Below are positions 9,386 through 18,137 of a stretch of DNA of 55,640 nucleotides, one piece after another; within the stretch, counting starts at the first letter, position 1; each line of letters starts with the position of its first letter. The DNA is from a virus (Duplodnaviria; Caudoviricetes), in IMG/VR virus record IMGVR_UViG_3300042309_002031, positions 1-55,640 of that record. One strand, given 5' to 3'. A program made the position numbers and the translations under genes. The notes under the pieces are model-generated. The model did no database searches, had not been told where the DNA came from, and worked only from the letters and a program-made list of their open reading frames with translations.

Positions 9386-10389
9386 GTAACCTCCAGAGAC
9401 TCACTTAAAAACACCCTTCGTACAACATCGCCCGCGAAACCCACCAACAAGGACGGCTGATATAGTCCTTTTTCAAGGTAGGTCACTTCCACAAAGTGCT
9501 TGTTCTTGTCCAATTCCACATATTTTTCTATTTGTTCGCCGTCATTTATCTTTACTTTTCCATCAAACACCCAGAAGCGTTGAAGAACATCTCCGTCCGT
9601 TTGATCCATGAACATATATTTTCTAGGGCCTGTTCTTTTTACGTAGAAGAACGTTTGCTGTTCGTCCTTGGAGACTGTTATGTAGTTACTCTTCGTGGAT
9701 ATGCATTGGGCTCCCGCACTTGTTATCAAATGAAGTTTGACCGTGTATGTGCCTTCGCTCGTATAAGTGTGGGTTGGGTTTTGCTCGGTGCTTTGCCCTC
9801 CGTCCCCGAAGTCCCAAAGGTATCGTATTATGTCTCCCTCCGAGAAACTCTGGAACCTTACCGAAACGCCCGGCTTCATCTTCTTGGGGAACGCTCTAAA
9901 CACCGCCCGAGGCGAAAAAAACTTGGTCTCAAGGTCCTTTAGCCTTCGGTTCAAGGAGCCACTTTCCGGAAAATTCTTCACCCCTAGTTTTTTCTCTATG
10001 TTTAACAAGGCGTCCTTCACTGCGTTGTGAGGTTCTGCCGTGACGGCGTTGGTCGCCCAAGATCCCGAAGGCCATTGATTCTGCCTCGATCCAGCGAACC
10101 CCCTGATCAAACCCTTGAAGGTCGTTTCGGTCTTTGACTCATAGTAAACCAGTTCGGCCTCGCCCGGGCGACCCGCCGGCGGCCCGACCCTGACTAAACC
10201 CTTCCCAGGAAAGGCGGCGGTATTTGCTACGATGATCTTCTTCCCGTTAAACGGTAGTCCTGCCGTAAGCTGAGTTTCCGCGTTGTTCTTGACCTCGTAA
10301 AGGCTGTCTTTGTCGTCTGCTATGTCCGGAAAAAGGGACAAGTTGCCCGAAACATAACCCTTGTCCAAACTCGACACTCGTTCAGCCAT
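9382..10389 (-). CDS. PKD-domain virion protein
   Basis: [30 protein letters not shown] is a canonical PKD motif. Confidence 0.75.
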   Translation of the reverse strand: MAERVSSLDKGYVSGNLSLFPDIADDKDSLYEVKNNAETQLTAGLPFNGKKIIVANTAAFPGKGLVRVGPPAGRPGEAELVYYESKTETTFKGLIRGFAGSRQNQWPSGSWATNAVTAEPHNAVKDALLNIEKKLGVKNFPESGSLNRRLKDLETKFFSPRAVFRAFPKKMKPGVSVRFQSFSEGDIIRYLWDFGDGGQSTEQNPTHTYTSEGTYTVKLHLITSAGAQCISTKSNYITVSKDEQQTFFYVKRTGPRKYMFMDQTDGDVLQRFWVFDGKVKINDGEQIEKYVELDKNKHFVEVTYLEKGLYQPSLLVGFAGDVVRRVFLSESLEVT

Positions 10390-10391
10390 TT

Positions 10392-11045
10392 CTATTTTTC
10401 CTCTATTCTAGAATGATTCCTCGCTGCTATCGTCTGGTTCTGTATCTGCTCCAGAATGCCTATCATCTCCCTTCTGGTGGAGGATTGCTCATCCAATGCC
10501 AGAATGCACTTCACAAGTTCCAGATCGAGAGGCTTCTGTAAAAGAATTCTGAGTTGAAGTTCTTGAGCAAAATTCTCGTTCCAGAATTGGGCGTTGGACT
10601 CAGGATCGTCGTATCTCCTTAGGGGCTCTATCTTCTCCAACTGCTGGTAGGCACTCATGAAAAAACTCATTTCCTCTTCGGTTTCCTTGAGTTTCTTCCT
10701 CATTTCATGGATCGAGTCCAAAAGGGAATCCTTTTTCCTAGCCAACTTCCTTTTTTGAATGGATTTGTACTCCCTATCTAGTTCGTTTTTTGCTTTCTTT
10801 TTCTCCAAAGCCGCCGTTTTTAGATCTAGAATTCTACCCTCGTCCTCGGCCTCCTCTACGCCTAAAACCATAGACTTCAGCGAACTTCTCCTTGCATCTA
10901 TCTCCCTGAGGCACTTCTGGAGCTTGGCTTGGGTGGTCAACTCCTTGCCCAAGATGAAATGCTTCAATTGGTAAAATGTATGCCTTGTGGAGACGGGTCT
11001 GCTTTCGACCAACTCACACGCTTTTTGATAAATTTCACTTGACAT
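10392..11045 (-). CDS. Coiled-coil hypothetical protein
   Basis: 217 aa, E/K/L-rich heptad pattern, AAGGAAGG SD. Confidence 0.7.
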   Translation of the reverse strand: MSSEIYQKACELVESRPVSTRHTFYQLKHFILGKELTTQAKLQKCLREIDARRSSLKSMVLGVEEAEDEGRILDLKTAALEKKKAKNELDREYKSIQKRKLARKKDSLLDSIHEMRKKLKETEEEMSFFMSAYQQLEKIEPLRRYDDPESNAQFWNENFAQELQLRILLQKPLDLELVKCILALDEQSSTRREMIGILEQIQNQTIAARNHSRIEEK

Positions 11046-11118
11046 ATAGCCTTCCTTTCATTAGTCTCTAGTCTTAATAGAGGACTTTCCCGTTAGAATT
11101 TGAAATAAAGGACTCACC

Positions 11119-11682
11119 TTGAACAGGCTTAAAAATCAAAGAGTTTACTTGGCTGGGGCAATGGACAGGGTTCCCGACAGGGGCGCCGGATGGCGTGCCG
11201 ACATAACCCCCTTCCTAGAAGAGAAGGGCTCGGTCGTCTTCAATCCCCTCAACAAGCCGAGCGACATCGGGCTTGAGGACGAGGACTCCCACGTTCTCAA
11301 GAAACTTCTTAAGGAAAAAGGCAACTATGATGAGTTCTCCAACATCATGAAGACGGTCAGAGCCATAGATTTGAGACTTGTTGACATAAGCGACTTCTTG
11401 GTGGTGAACCTTGATCTGAATACTCATCCATGCGGCACGCTTGAGGAGATTTTCCTTGCGAACAGATCCAAGAAGCCGGTGGTGGTTCACATGGAGCAAG
11501 GGAAGGGACACACGCCCGACTGGCTTTTTGGAACGCTCCCCCACAGCATGTTCTTTTCCACTTGGGAGGAGGTAAAGAGCTATCTGTCCCACATCGACAG
11601 CGACACTTTCATAAATTGCGAGGGTCGGTGGAGGTTTTTTGGTGACCGGCCACGCCAAAGTTTAATCCACCATTCCGTATAA
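11119..11682 (+). CDS. Nucleoside 2-deoxyribosyltransferase-like protein
   Basis: VYLAGAM..WR..VFNP..DL..VD.SD..GTLEEI..KPV motifs of the NDT/MilB-like fold. Confidence 0.75.
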   Translation: MNRLKNQRVYLAGAMDRVPDRGAGWRADITPFLEEKGSVVFNPLNKPSDIGLEDEDSHVLKKLLKEKGNYDEFSNIMKTVRAIDLRLVDISDFLVVNLDLNTHPCGTLEEIFLANRSKKPVVVHMEQGKGHTPDWLFGTLPHSMFFSTWEEVKSYLSHIDSDTFINCEGRWRFFGDRPRQSLIHHSV

Positions 11683-12246
11683 CTAGCAGATCTTGATTCC
11701 GAGTATGGCTTTAAAATTTGCGCCTTTATCCGCAGCCTCCATAGCCCAGAATTCCCTAGAAATTTTGAGAGGGTTCTCTGAAAGGTTTCCGACTTCAAAA
11801 AAGAAGTCCTTATCCAAAAGTATCCCGTTGAGCGTACATTCGCCGAATGTGCTCAATATTCTTGCCGGTACGCCTTGCCTATCGAAATTTATTACGATTG
11901 GGAAAAGCACATCTTTCGAACTAGAGATCCATCTGGAATACTTGTATTGAATGTTTTTGGGCACCCAAGCGCCCTCCACGACAAGCATGTTCCATCCGGA
12001 TAGAGCGTGTTTCATCCCATTGTTGATCAAAGACGTCACGGTTTGCCCTCCCCTAAATGTAGGACAAACTTCTCTCATTTCTTCTATTTGAGGCTTTTTT
12101 ATCCCCTTCTCTACGGAACATATTATTTTTGCATCTTCACGATAGTTGTTTTTTATCGATCTAACAGTTCCCTTGAGCCTTCCTATGTTCGGCTCGGGTG
12201 ATATTATTACAAAATTTATGTCTGGACTATCTTTGGCAAAGAGCAT
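11683..12246 (-). CDS. Divergent GT-A (GT2-like) fold protein
   Basis: FVIIS..LKGTVRSI..SLINNGMKHA..WNMLVVEG follows the GT2 layout, but the DxD motif is replaced. Confidence 0.4.
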   Translation of the reverse strand: MLFAKDSPDINFVIISPEPNIGRLKGTVRSIKNNYREDAKIICSVEKGIKKPQIEEMREVCPTFRGGQTVTSLINNGMKHALSGWNMLVVEGAWVPKNIQYKYSRWISSSKDVLFPIVINFDRQGVPARILSTFGECTLNGILLDKDFFFEVGNLSENPLKISREFWAMEAADKGANFKAILGIKIC

Positions 12247-12267
12247 GATCTATCAACCGGGCCTTGA

Positions 12268-13380
12268 TTATGTGGATGTAGGCGTTTGAGAAGGGGAGGG
12301 AGTATTGGTTGGGGTGGGCGAGGACGTCGGCGTTCGGGAAGGAGAGGGAGTATTGGTTGGGGTCGGTGTTCGCGTGGGCGAGGACGTCGGCGTTCGGGAA
12401 GGAGAGGGAGTGTTGGTTGGAGTTCGGGTGGGCCATGGTGTTCGAGTCGGGGTGCGCGAAGGCTCTGGGGTGCGTGAAGGGGTAGATGTAGGCCCAGTTC
12501 CCGAAGGTGTTGGCGACGGCGACGGCGTAGGAGTTGGCCCAGTACCTGACGGGGTTGGTGTTGGACCCATGTGAACCAAAAAGACTTCGTCGAAGTCTAT
12601 TCTGATAACATCGTAATTTGTTAATTCCCTGTTTAGTTCAAAAGCGCCCGTTGTGTGGTCTTGGCTTTTTACATATGTCGGGATCCACGGAGCATTCGGA
12701 TCGCTGTAATCGGGTACATCGACCCCAGCATTCGTTAATCTAAAGCCATTTACATAAACACGAAGCGAACCCTCTTCGAAAGGCGTATTGATGGAAGTTG
12801 TCTTGAATATTTTGTAAGTAGGGCTGGAAGGAATATCATACGCGGGAATGACATCGTAGTGATGTCTGTGGGCGGCGTCCGGAGGGAATATGGAATGGGC
12901 TTTCAATATATCCGGGGCTTCAAAGTCAAAGAAGATAGTTGGAGAGTTCCTTATCCTCAGTGTGCCGTTAGTAAAAGTAACGAACGAACCTATCGTTGGA
13001 AGCGTATCCTCTATATCTATCTGCAAGTTATTCGCTCCCGATCCTATGTCTGCGAGCTTGCTTCTTTCGTCCGTCTTCATCCTGACGTATTCGACCCCAT
13101 CAGGTCCGGTTCCATCCACATGGTGCCCTATATTGTGGAGCGACTTGTCTACGGCCTCCGCTTTTATGTCGCCCGAATCTTTCAGAGACGCGTCCAGCCT
13201 ATTACTAAGCGATCCGGCAGTTCCGCACGACCCGCGCAGTATGTCCGTATTGGCATCCACTTGGATGTTAACTAAACCAATCCTTGTGAGTATGTTTTGC
13301 AGGGGAAGGTTGTCGTAGAGGTAATGATATGGCTGGTTTGCATCGTATGTTACTTCTGGAATGCTGTTAATCTGGGGCAT
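12268..13380 (-). CDS. Virion protein with C-terminal Pro/Thr/Ser-rich tail
   Basis: SLRVYVNGFRL...DVIRIDF beta module typical of phage appendage proteins; ~100-aa PTPTPS tail. Confidence 0.7.
   Translation of the reverse strand: MPQINSIPEVTYDANQPYHYLYDNLPLQNILTRIGLVNIQVDANTDILRGSCGTAGSLSNRLDASLKDSGDIKAEAVDKSLHNIGHHVDGTGPDGVEYVRMKTDERSKLADIGSGANNLQIDIEDTLPTIGSFVTFTNGTLRIRNSPTIFFDFEAPDILKAHSIFPPDAAHRHHYDVIPAYDIPSSPTYKIFKTTSINTPFEEGSLRVYVNGFRLTNAGVDVPDYSDPNAPWIPTYVKSQDHTTGAFELNRELTNYDVIRIDFDEVFLVHMGPTPTPSGTGPTPTPSPSPTPSGTGPTSTPSRTPEPSRTPTRTPWPTRTPTNTPSPSRTPTSSPTRTPTPTNTPSPSRTPTSSPTPTNTPSPSQTPTST
12271..12570 (-). repeat. Pro/Thr/Ser low-complexity coding repeat
   Basis: PTNTPSPS x3, PTPSGTGPT x2; DNA repeats such as GTGGGCGAGGACGTCGGCGTTCGGGAAGGAGAGGGAGT x2. 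Confidence 0.9.
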
Positions 13381-13386
13381 TTTTCC

Positions 13387-13878
13387 TTACCTCTTGAGTT
13401 TCCACAAATTATATAGGCCTAGTTCAAGAAAACTGCTCCACTCCTCTTCCTCGTCAGAATCGGCTTCTCTAGACCATTCTAGAACGGCCCGCCAGTCATC
13501 GCCGTAGTCGCCAAGAATCTCGTCGCCCTTTTTTGCGTCTTTTATGAAATGGTATACGCACACCATGTCTCCATTCTTCTTGATGTACCTTATCTCTACA
13601 TTTTGATCCTTTTTTTCATTGGCGTGGTTGACCATTCCTCCGTAGCCCATGGGAATTATGTGCTTCTTAAACGAGTCCGAATAGTCCGCGGCGAACTTGA
13701 ATGTATTGGCATACGAGGTGCAAACGTCAGCCGGAGAGTCCCTGTCCACCAAGACCCCGATCACCTCCAAGTGATTCCCCTTTTTTATATCTTCAGAGGC
13801 AAAAAGACCCAAGCCAGCATTTGGTTGAAGAGATTCTGCAACATAAAATCTTTTGTCTTTCTCTTCAATGCTAATCAA
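13387..13878 (-). CDS. SET-domain methyltransferase
   Basis: GLGLFASEDIKKG, GMVNHA (NHS motif), KKGDEILGDYG (ELxxDY motif). Confidence 0.85.
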   Translation of the reverse strand: MISIEEKDKRFYVAESLQPNAGLGLFASEDIKKGNHLEVIGVLVDRDSPADVCTSYANTFKFAADYSDSFKKHIIPMGYGGMVNHANEKKDQNVEIRYIKKNGDMVCVYHFIKDAKKGDEILGDYGDDWRAVLEWSREADSDEEEEWSSFLELGLYNLWKLKR

Positions 13879-14119
13879 TGAATCCCTCCTTCAACGCGTC
13901 GTTCACTTGCTTCATTGTCGGCTTGTATCCGAGATGCTCCGCAAGACAATCTAAAAAGTGGTTTTTTATGTCCGAGTGTATGGCTTTCATCATGCTCTTG
14001 TTAGGTGCGTACTGGTTCGCTTGGGTCAAAGCCTCCTCGTCCAAGGCCCAGTCAAAAACATCATCCCCGATCATCAGCACCTTCTGGTCTCCGACCTGGC
14101 TTACGCTGAAAGTTTTCAT
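13871..14119 (-). CDS. Hypothetical protein
   Basis: 82-aa ORF overlapping both neighbours. Confidence 0.65.
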   Translation of the reverse strand: MKTFSVSQVGDQKVLMIGDDVFDWALDEEALTQANQYAPNKSMMKAIHSDIKNHFLDCLAEHLGYKPTMKQVNDALKEGFID

Positions 14120-14589
14120 ATGAAGGAAAGCCGCCAGTTGAATGTTATCTGGGTCTGGGCGGTCTTGGATATGCCAGGGAAAGTAGCCATACTATAAAGG
14201 TTTCCGTTCTGCATCATCAAAGCCATTTCGTTGAGATCATATCCGTTGCCCTCGTCAAAGGACACAACCGACGTAAATATTACTTGCGTACCTGTGGCCG
14301 CATCTATATTTGCAACTACGGGCTTGTTGACTCTTGCCGCGCCGAATAATCCGTTCCGGTCAGCAGAGACAACCTTGGGCGAACCTCCGGTCGTTCCACC
14401 GTCTCCGAATATCATCCGGTTTACGAAGAAATCGAAGTCATCGCCTATCATGTTCGCGAGAGATAGAGCCAAGGCTTCCCTCCCGGTTTGCAATATCGTG
14501 TTCCTAAATTCTATGACTTCCTTTGCTCCGTCGATGCGCTCCACGATTGCTTGCACATCGCCTCTACACTTCATTCTTTCTTCGTTCAT
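14116..14589 (-). CDS. Tail-collar/fibre-attachment protein (DUF3751-like)
   Basis: NTILQTGREALA..MIFGDGG..EGNG..LNEMAL..LYS..F..ISKT..ITFNWRL; follows the wedge gene. Confidence 0.65.
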   Translation of the reverse strand: MNEERMKCRGDVQAIVERIDGAKEVIEFRNTILQTGREALALSLANMIGDDFDFFVNRMIFGDGGTTGGSPKVVSADRNGLFGAARVNKPVVANIDAATGTQVIFTSVVSFDEGNGYDLNEMALMMQNGNLYSMATFPGISKTAQTQITFNWRLSFI

Positions 14590-17500
14590 GGTTCCTCTCT
14601 GTATTCTATCTGGAATTCTATATTTTCGTTCTGTCCCACCACGTCCACCCTTTCGCCCGAGTTGGCCGAGTTAAGCATGGTCAAGGTTCCTGCCAAGGCG
14701 TTGTCTTGGGAAACCTTAATGGTGCCTTTTCCGGATCTGTCTATGAACTCAAAACTATTGCCAGGGACGGATGGAATCTGCCTTTCGGCCACCGAAAGGC
14801 TGCGTTTCGAGAACTTGTAGATCGAGAAGGTGGCATTTTGGCCGCTCAAGGTAAAACTCTCCATGGGTCCGTTAAGGGTCAATGTAGAGCCATCTATCTC
14901 CGCAATAGAATAGTATTTTTGATCAAATAACACCAAGAAGTTTTCCTTTATGTTATCCGACCTTATGTTGTCCGGGTTTTTGTTGGCCCCATTGGATATT
15001 GAAAGATCTTTTTCCATGTCAGATTCGGCGTCTAGCACAATTCCCTCATATCCGAACTGCCCCACCTTGTTCTCCATTATCCTTCTGTAGATCTTGATAT
15101 TTTCGCCCCCGACCGATCCTTCGTTGTATCCCTCTATGTAAAATCCATTTTCGCCCCCCGTCTTGAACGACTTTATTTTGTATCTTCTGGTTGTGGATGG
15201 CCATCCAATGTAGACATAGTCCCCTATTTCTAGAGTTTCCCTCATATTCACGTCGGGATAGTTAATTTCTACAAGTCCATAATTCGTAGTGGTTTTTGTG
15301 CCCGAAACGGAACTTTTAACAACTTTGGTTCCGTCACTGAGTTCCCAGCCAGATATCGGGCTTATGGAAGACCCTCCGTCGAGAAGCAAAGATCCGTCCG
15401 GCATTACGTTCTGAACCGCGTACTCCTTGTCTTGATGTCTGAAGGCCCAGACCGAAGATGTAGAAAGGCCTTGGTCTACGTCGTGCTGGGTCGTTATCCC
15501 GAGCATCCAGAAGTCCGCATCTTCATCGCTGAACGTGATCCGATTGGATTGTGTTATGTCCACGTTCAAATCGGCGATTTTGTTGGATATTCTGTATTCA
15601 AATAACGGGCCTACGGACATATCGTCTACCGTCCCGTAAATTTCGGCGGAATTTTTGCTGAAATCAGAAATCGTATAGTTCTTGACAGTGTTTCCGAGCA
15701 CTTCCAGAAGATTTTCGCTCTCGAAAGGATCCAAATCAGGATATTGCGTATTTATGTTGTTGGCTTCAAACACTTGAGTCTTGTTCTTAAATGACGGATT
15801 GTTCAAGTCGTCCTCTGTACTAATCCCGGAGGGCTGCAAGACGACTCTCTTGTTGCGCATGATCCCGGATGCGTTCGTAATCGCTATCGTCATGTCAGCC
15901 AGCGCATTCCTCTTTACGTTCTGCATCTCTCTACGATCCATGTCTCTATTGAACACATGTTGGCCCTCTCCCGCGAGAAGCACGTCCTCCGCTGCATAGG
16001 TGACCAAAGCTTCTATTTTTTCTTCGTTTGGCTTAACGAACTCGTTCACGGATCCGGAAAAGTTAAATGAATGTACGACGGCGTGCATGGGCATGAATTC
16101 TTCGGACACCCTTCTTGCTTCTTGGAGGCTTTCGTCGGACAGACTCTCTACTTCTAGGTCCAGGCTGTACTTGCTGCTTTGACACTGTCCGCAAGGATCC
16201 ATAAACTCTTTATCTATGTCGCAAGGATCCATGCTGTCTCGTTTGGACCCGTTGTACTCGTCCATATTGTAAGCGTTTTCGCTGTACGGGAACTCCGTCC
16301 TGATTCTTCCCCATACGATCGGGTCTGCGAGCGGATGTCTTACTGGAATTAGAAGATCAAAAAGATCGTCGTCCTCTTCGATCAAACGCGTATTCCAATT
16401 CTTCGGAGGATAAACTTGTTTCCTTTCGTCTCTGTCGTCCATTAGGGGCAACTGCCTAATGTACTCTTCTATGTTCCGCTCGCCCGATGGAATTTGTCGA
16501 GTCTTGTACGATACCCGTATTGAATCGCCCTCTTGGAGTTGATCCCCAATCCAAGTCATTTGTCCATTTGAAAATGTCACATACAACTCGCTCCAGCCCG
16601 CGGGCGCAACATCCGGTTTGAGATTCTCCCACTCAGACCCAGCCTTTCTTATCCATAGTCCGAAGTCCGAGTCGCCTTCCGGAGTGATTCCCAAATCGAG
16701 AACGATATTCCTTGAAAGGTTGAACACATTTGATCCAGAGTAGTCAAAGTGCTCTTGGAATGTGTATTTTGAAACTATCTGCCACAACTTGGTGATTTTT
16801 AAAAATTTCATGCCCGCGTCCGAAAAAGCTTCCTTAAGCCCCACCACACTCCCCTTCTTCTTGAAGTTTGGAATGGCTTTCTTTATCTGCCTTCTCCACA
16901 ACGTGGGATCACTTGATTTCAAGTTCAAGTTGAACATGTTCGCCAGCAAGGGAAGTAGTTGTTCGTGTGTCGCGTTGGAATCCAAGAGGTCTATTATCTG
17001 GTTCGCCATGTTTTCCAAAGAAGTGAACCCGGCCGCCACGGCGCCGTTCAAGCCACGCATCACCTTTGGCGTAATATCCGTATCCGATATTGCCGTACTG
17101 AACATATCTGGGGTGTACCGATCAAGAAGCGTCTCGTACTTGTTCGGATTTGTGAAGTGGGTGGGCATACTGGTCGTCACCAAAGTGCTGCCATCCAATG
17201 AAAAGAACATATGGGCGGAAACAATATCCCCCGCTAGGTTGGGCATCCAAGACCAACATATGAAATAGTCCCCTTCCCTGTGCCCGTTCGTATCCCATTC
17301 TAAAACAAACTTGCCCTCTACAATTTCGTTTTCACTTTCGTACGGAACGAGTATGTTGTCACTCTCTGTCTTGGTCTTTAATTCATTCGGAACCATTTGC
17401 GGATTTAACCACGCCGGAAACAGTTCGTTGGTTTCTGGATCCGTGTATCCTCCGAAAACCTTTGCCGCGACAGCCTCCTTGTAAAAGAACTGAGATGTTG

Positions 17501-18131
17501 TCTTGGAGTTGTCCAGTCTGGCTTTTAAGAATTTAAGCCTTTCCAACGAATTTTCTGTTGGGGCTTCCACCGGATCCAACGGGGATGAGAACCTTAAGAA
17601 ATTCAAAGAAGAAGAGCCTAAAACGACATTCGCAGAATCAAGAACCCATCCCGTGCTTATGTTCGCTATTCCTTCATCCACGAACGCATACATTCCGTTC
17701 GTCACTTTGTCCGTGCTATTTGCATCCTCAGATCTTGCCCAAGAACCATTCATTACTACATATATGCCGTTTGCTCTTTTATCGGATTGATCCTTGACAA
17801 GAACTCTATCGCCCTCCACTAAGCCTATGCCGTCTATAGTTTGCTCGCCGAAAAGGGCGATCTCTTCAGTCGTTGAGACGCGAACATTTTTTTTGGTCTT
17901 AGAGCAGATGTGTCGCTTCAAGGTTTCATACTGTTCCTTGAGGCTGGCGTCCACCGTCTCATTTTGGTATTCGGTTGCCGTAGGATCAGTGAACTCCCTG
18001 TTTACGAAGTATATGGTAGCATTGGTTATTTTGTAAGGTGTACGTAGACACCCATCGCCGTCTTTCGTTTCTAGCACGAACCTTACTCGGTCGGAAACTT
18101 TTATGTTTTCTTCGCCTGCTGTTTTAGTCAT
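14586..18131 (-). CDS. Baseplate wedge protein, P2 gpI/T4 gp7-like, with extra domains
   Basis: LLPLLANMFN...WRRQIKKAIPNFKKKGSVVGLK is a gpI-like signature; directly downstream of the gp6/J-like gene. Confidence 0.65.
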   Translation of the reverse strand: MTKTAGEENIKVSDRVRFVLETKDGDGCLRTPYKITNATIYFVNREFTDPTATEYQNETVDASLKEQYETLKRHICSKTKKNVRVSTTEEIALFGEQTIDGIGLVEGDRVLVKDQSDKRANGIYVVMNGSWARSEDANSTDKVTNGMYAFVDEGIANISTGWVLDSANVVLGSSSLNFLRFSSPLDPVEAPTENSLERLKFLKARLDNSKTTSQFFYKEAVAAKVFGGYTDPETNELFPAWLNPQMVPNELKTKTESDNILVPYESENEIVEGKFVLEWDTNGHREGDYFICWSWMPNLAGDIVSAHMFFSLDGSTLVTTSMPTHFTNPNKYETLLDRYTPDMFSTAISDTDITPKVMRGLNGAVAAGFTSLENMANQIIDLLDSNATHEQLLPLLANMFNLNLKSSDPTLWRRQIKKAIPNFKKKGSVVGLKEAFSDAGMKFLKITKLWQIVSKYTFQEHFDYSGSNVFNLSRNIVLDLGITPEGDSDFGLWIRKAGSEWENLKPDVAPAGWSELYVTFSNGQMTWIGDQLQEGDSIRVSYKTRQIPSGERNIEEYIRQLPLMDDRDERKQVYPPKNWNTRLIEEDDDLFDLLIPVRHPLADPIVWGRIRTEFPYSENAYNMDEYNGSKRDSMDPCDIDKEFMDPCGQCQSSKYSLDLEVESLSDESLQEARRVSEEFMPMHAVVHSFNFSGSVNEFVKPNEEKIEALVTYAAEDVLLAGEGQHVFNRDMDRREMQNVKRNALADMTIAITNASGIMRNKRVVLQPSGISTEDDLNNPSFKNKTQVFEANNINTQYPDLDPFESENLLEVLGNTVKNYTISDFSKNSAEIYGTVDDMSVGPLFEYRISNKIADLNVDITQSNRITFSDEDADFWMLGITTQHDVDQGLSTSSVWAFRHQDKEYAVQNVMPDGSLLLDGGSSISPISGWELSDGTKVVKSSVSGTKTTTNYGLVEINYPDVNMRETLEIGDYVYIGWPSTTRRYKIKSFKTGGENGFYIEGYNEGSVGGENIKIYRRIMENKVGQFGYEGIVLDAESDMEKDLSISNGANKNPDNIRSDNIKENFLVLFDQKYYSIAEIDGSTLTLNGPMESFTLSGQNATFSIYKFSKRSLSVAERQIPSVPGNSFEFIDRSGKGTIKVSQDNALAGTLTMLNSANSGERVDVVGQNENIEFQIEYREEP

Positions 18132-18137
18132 TCATCC

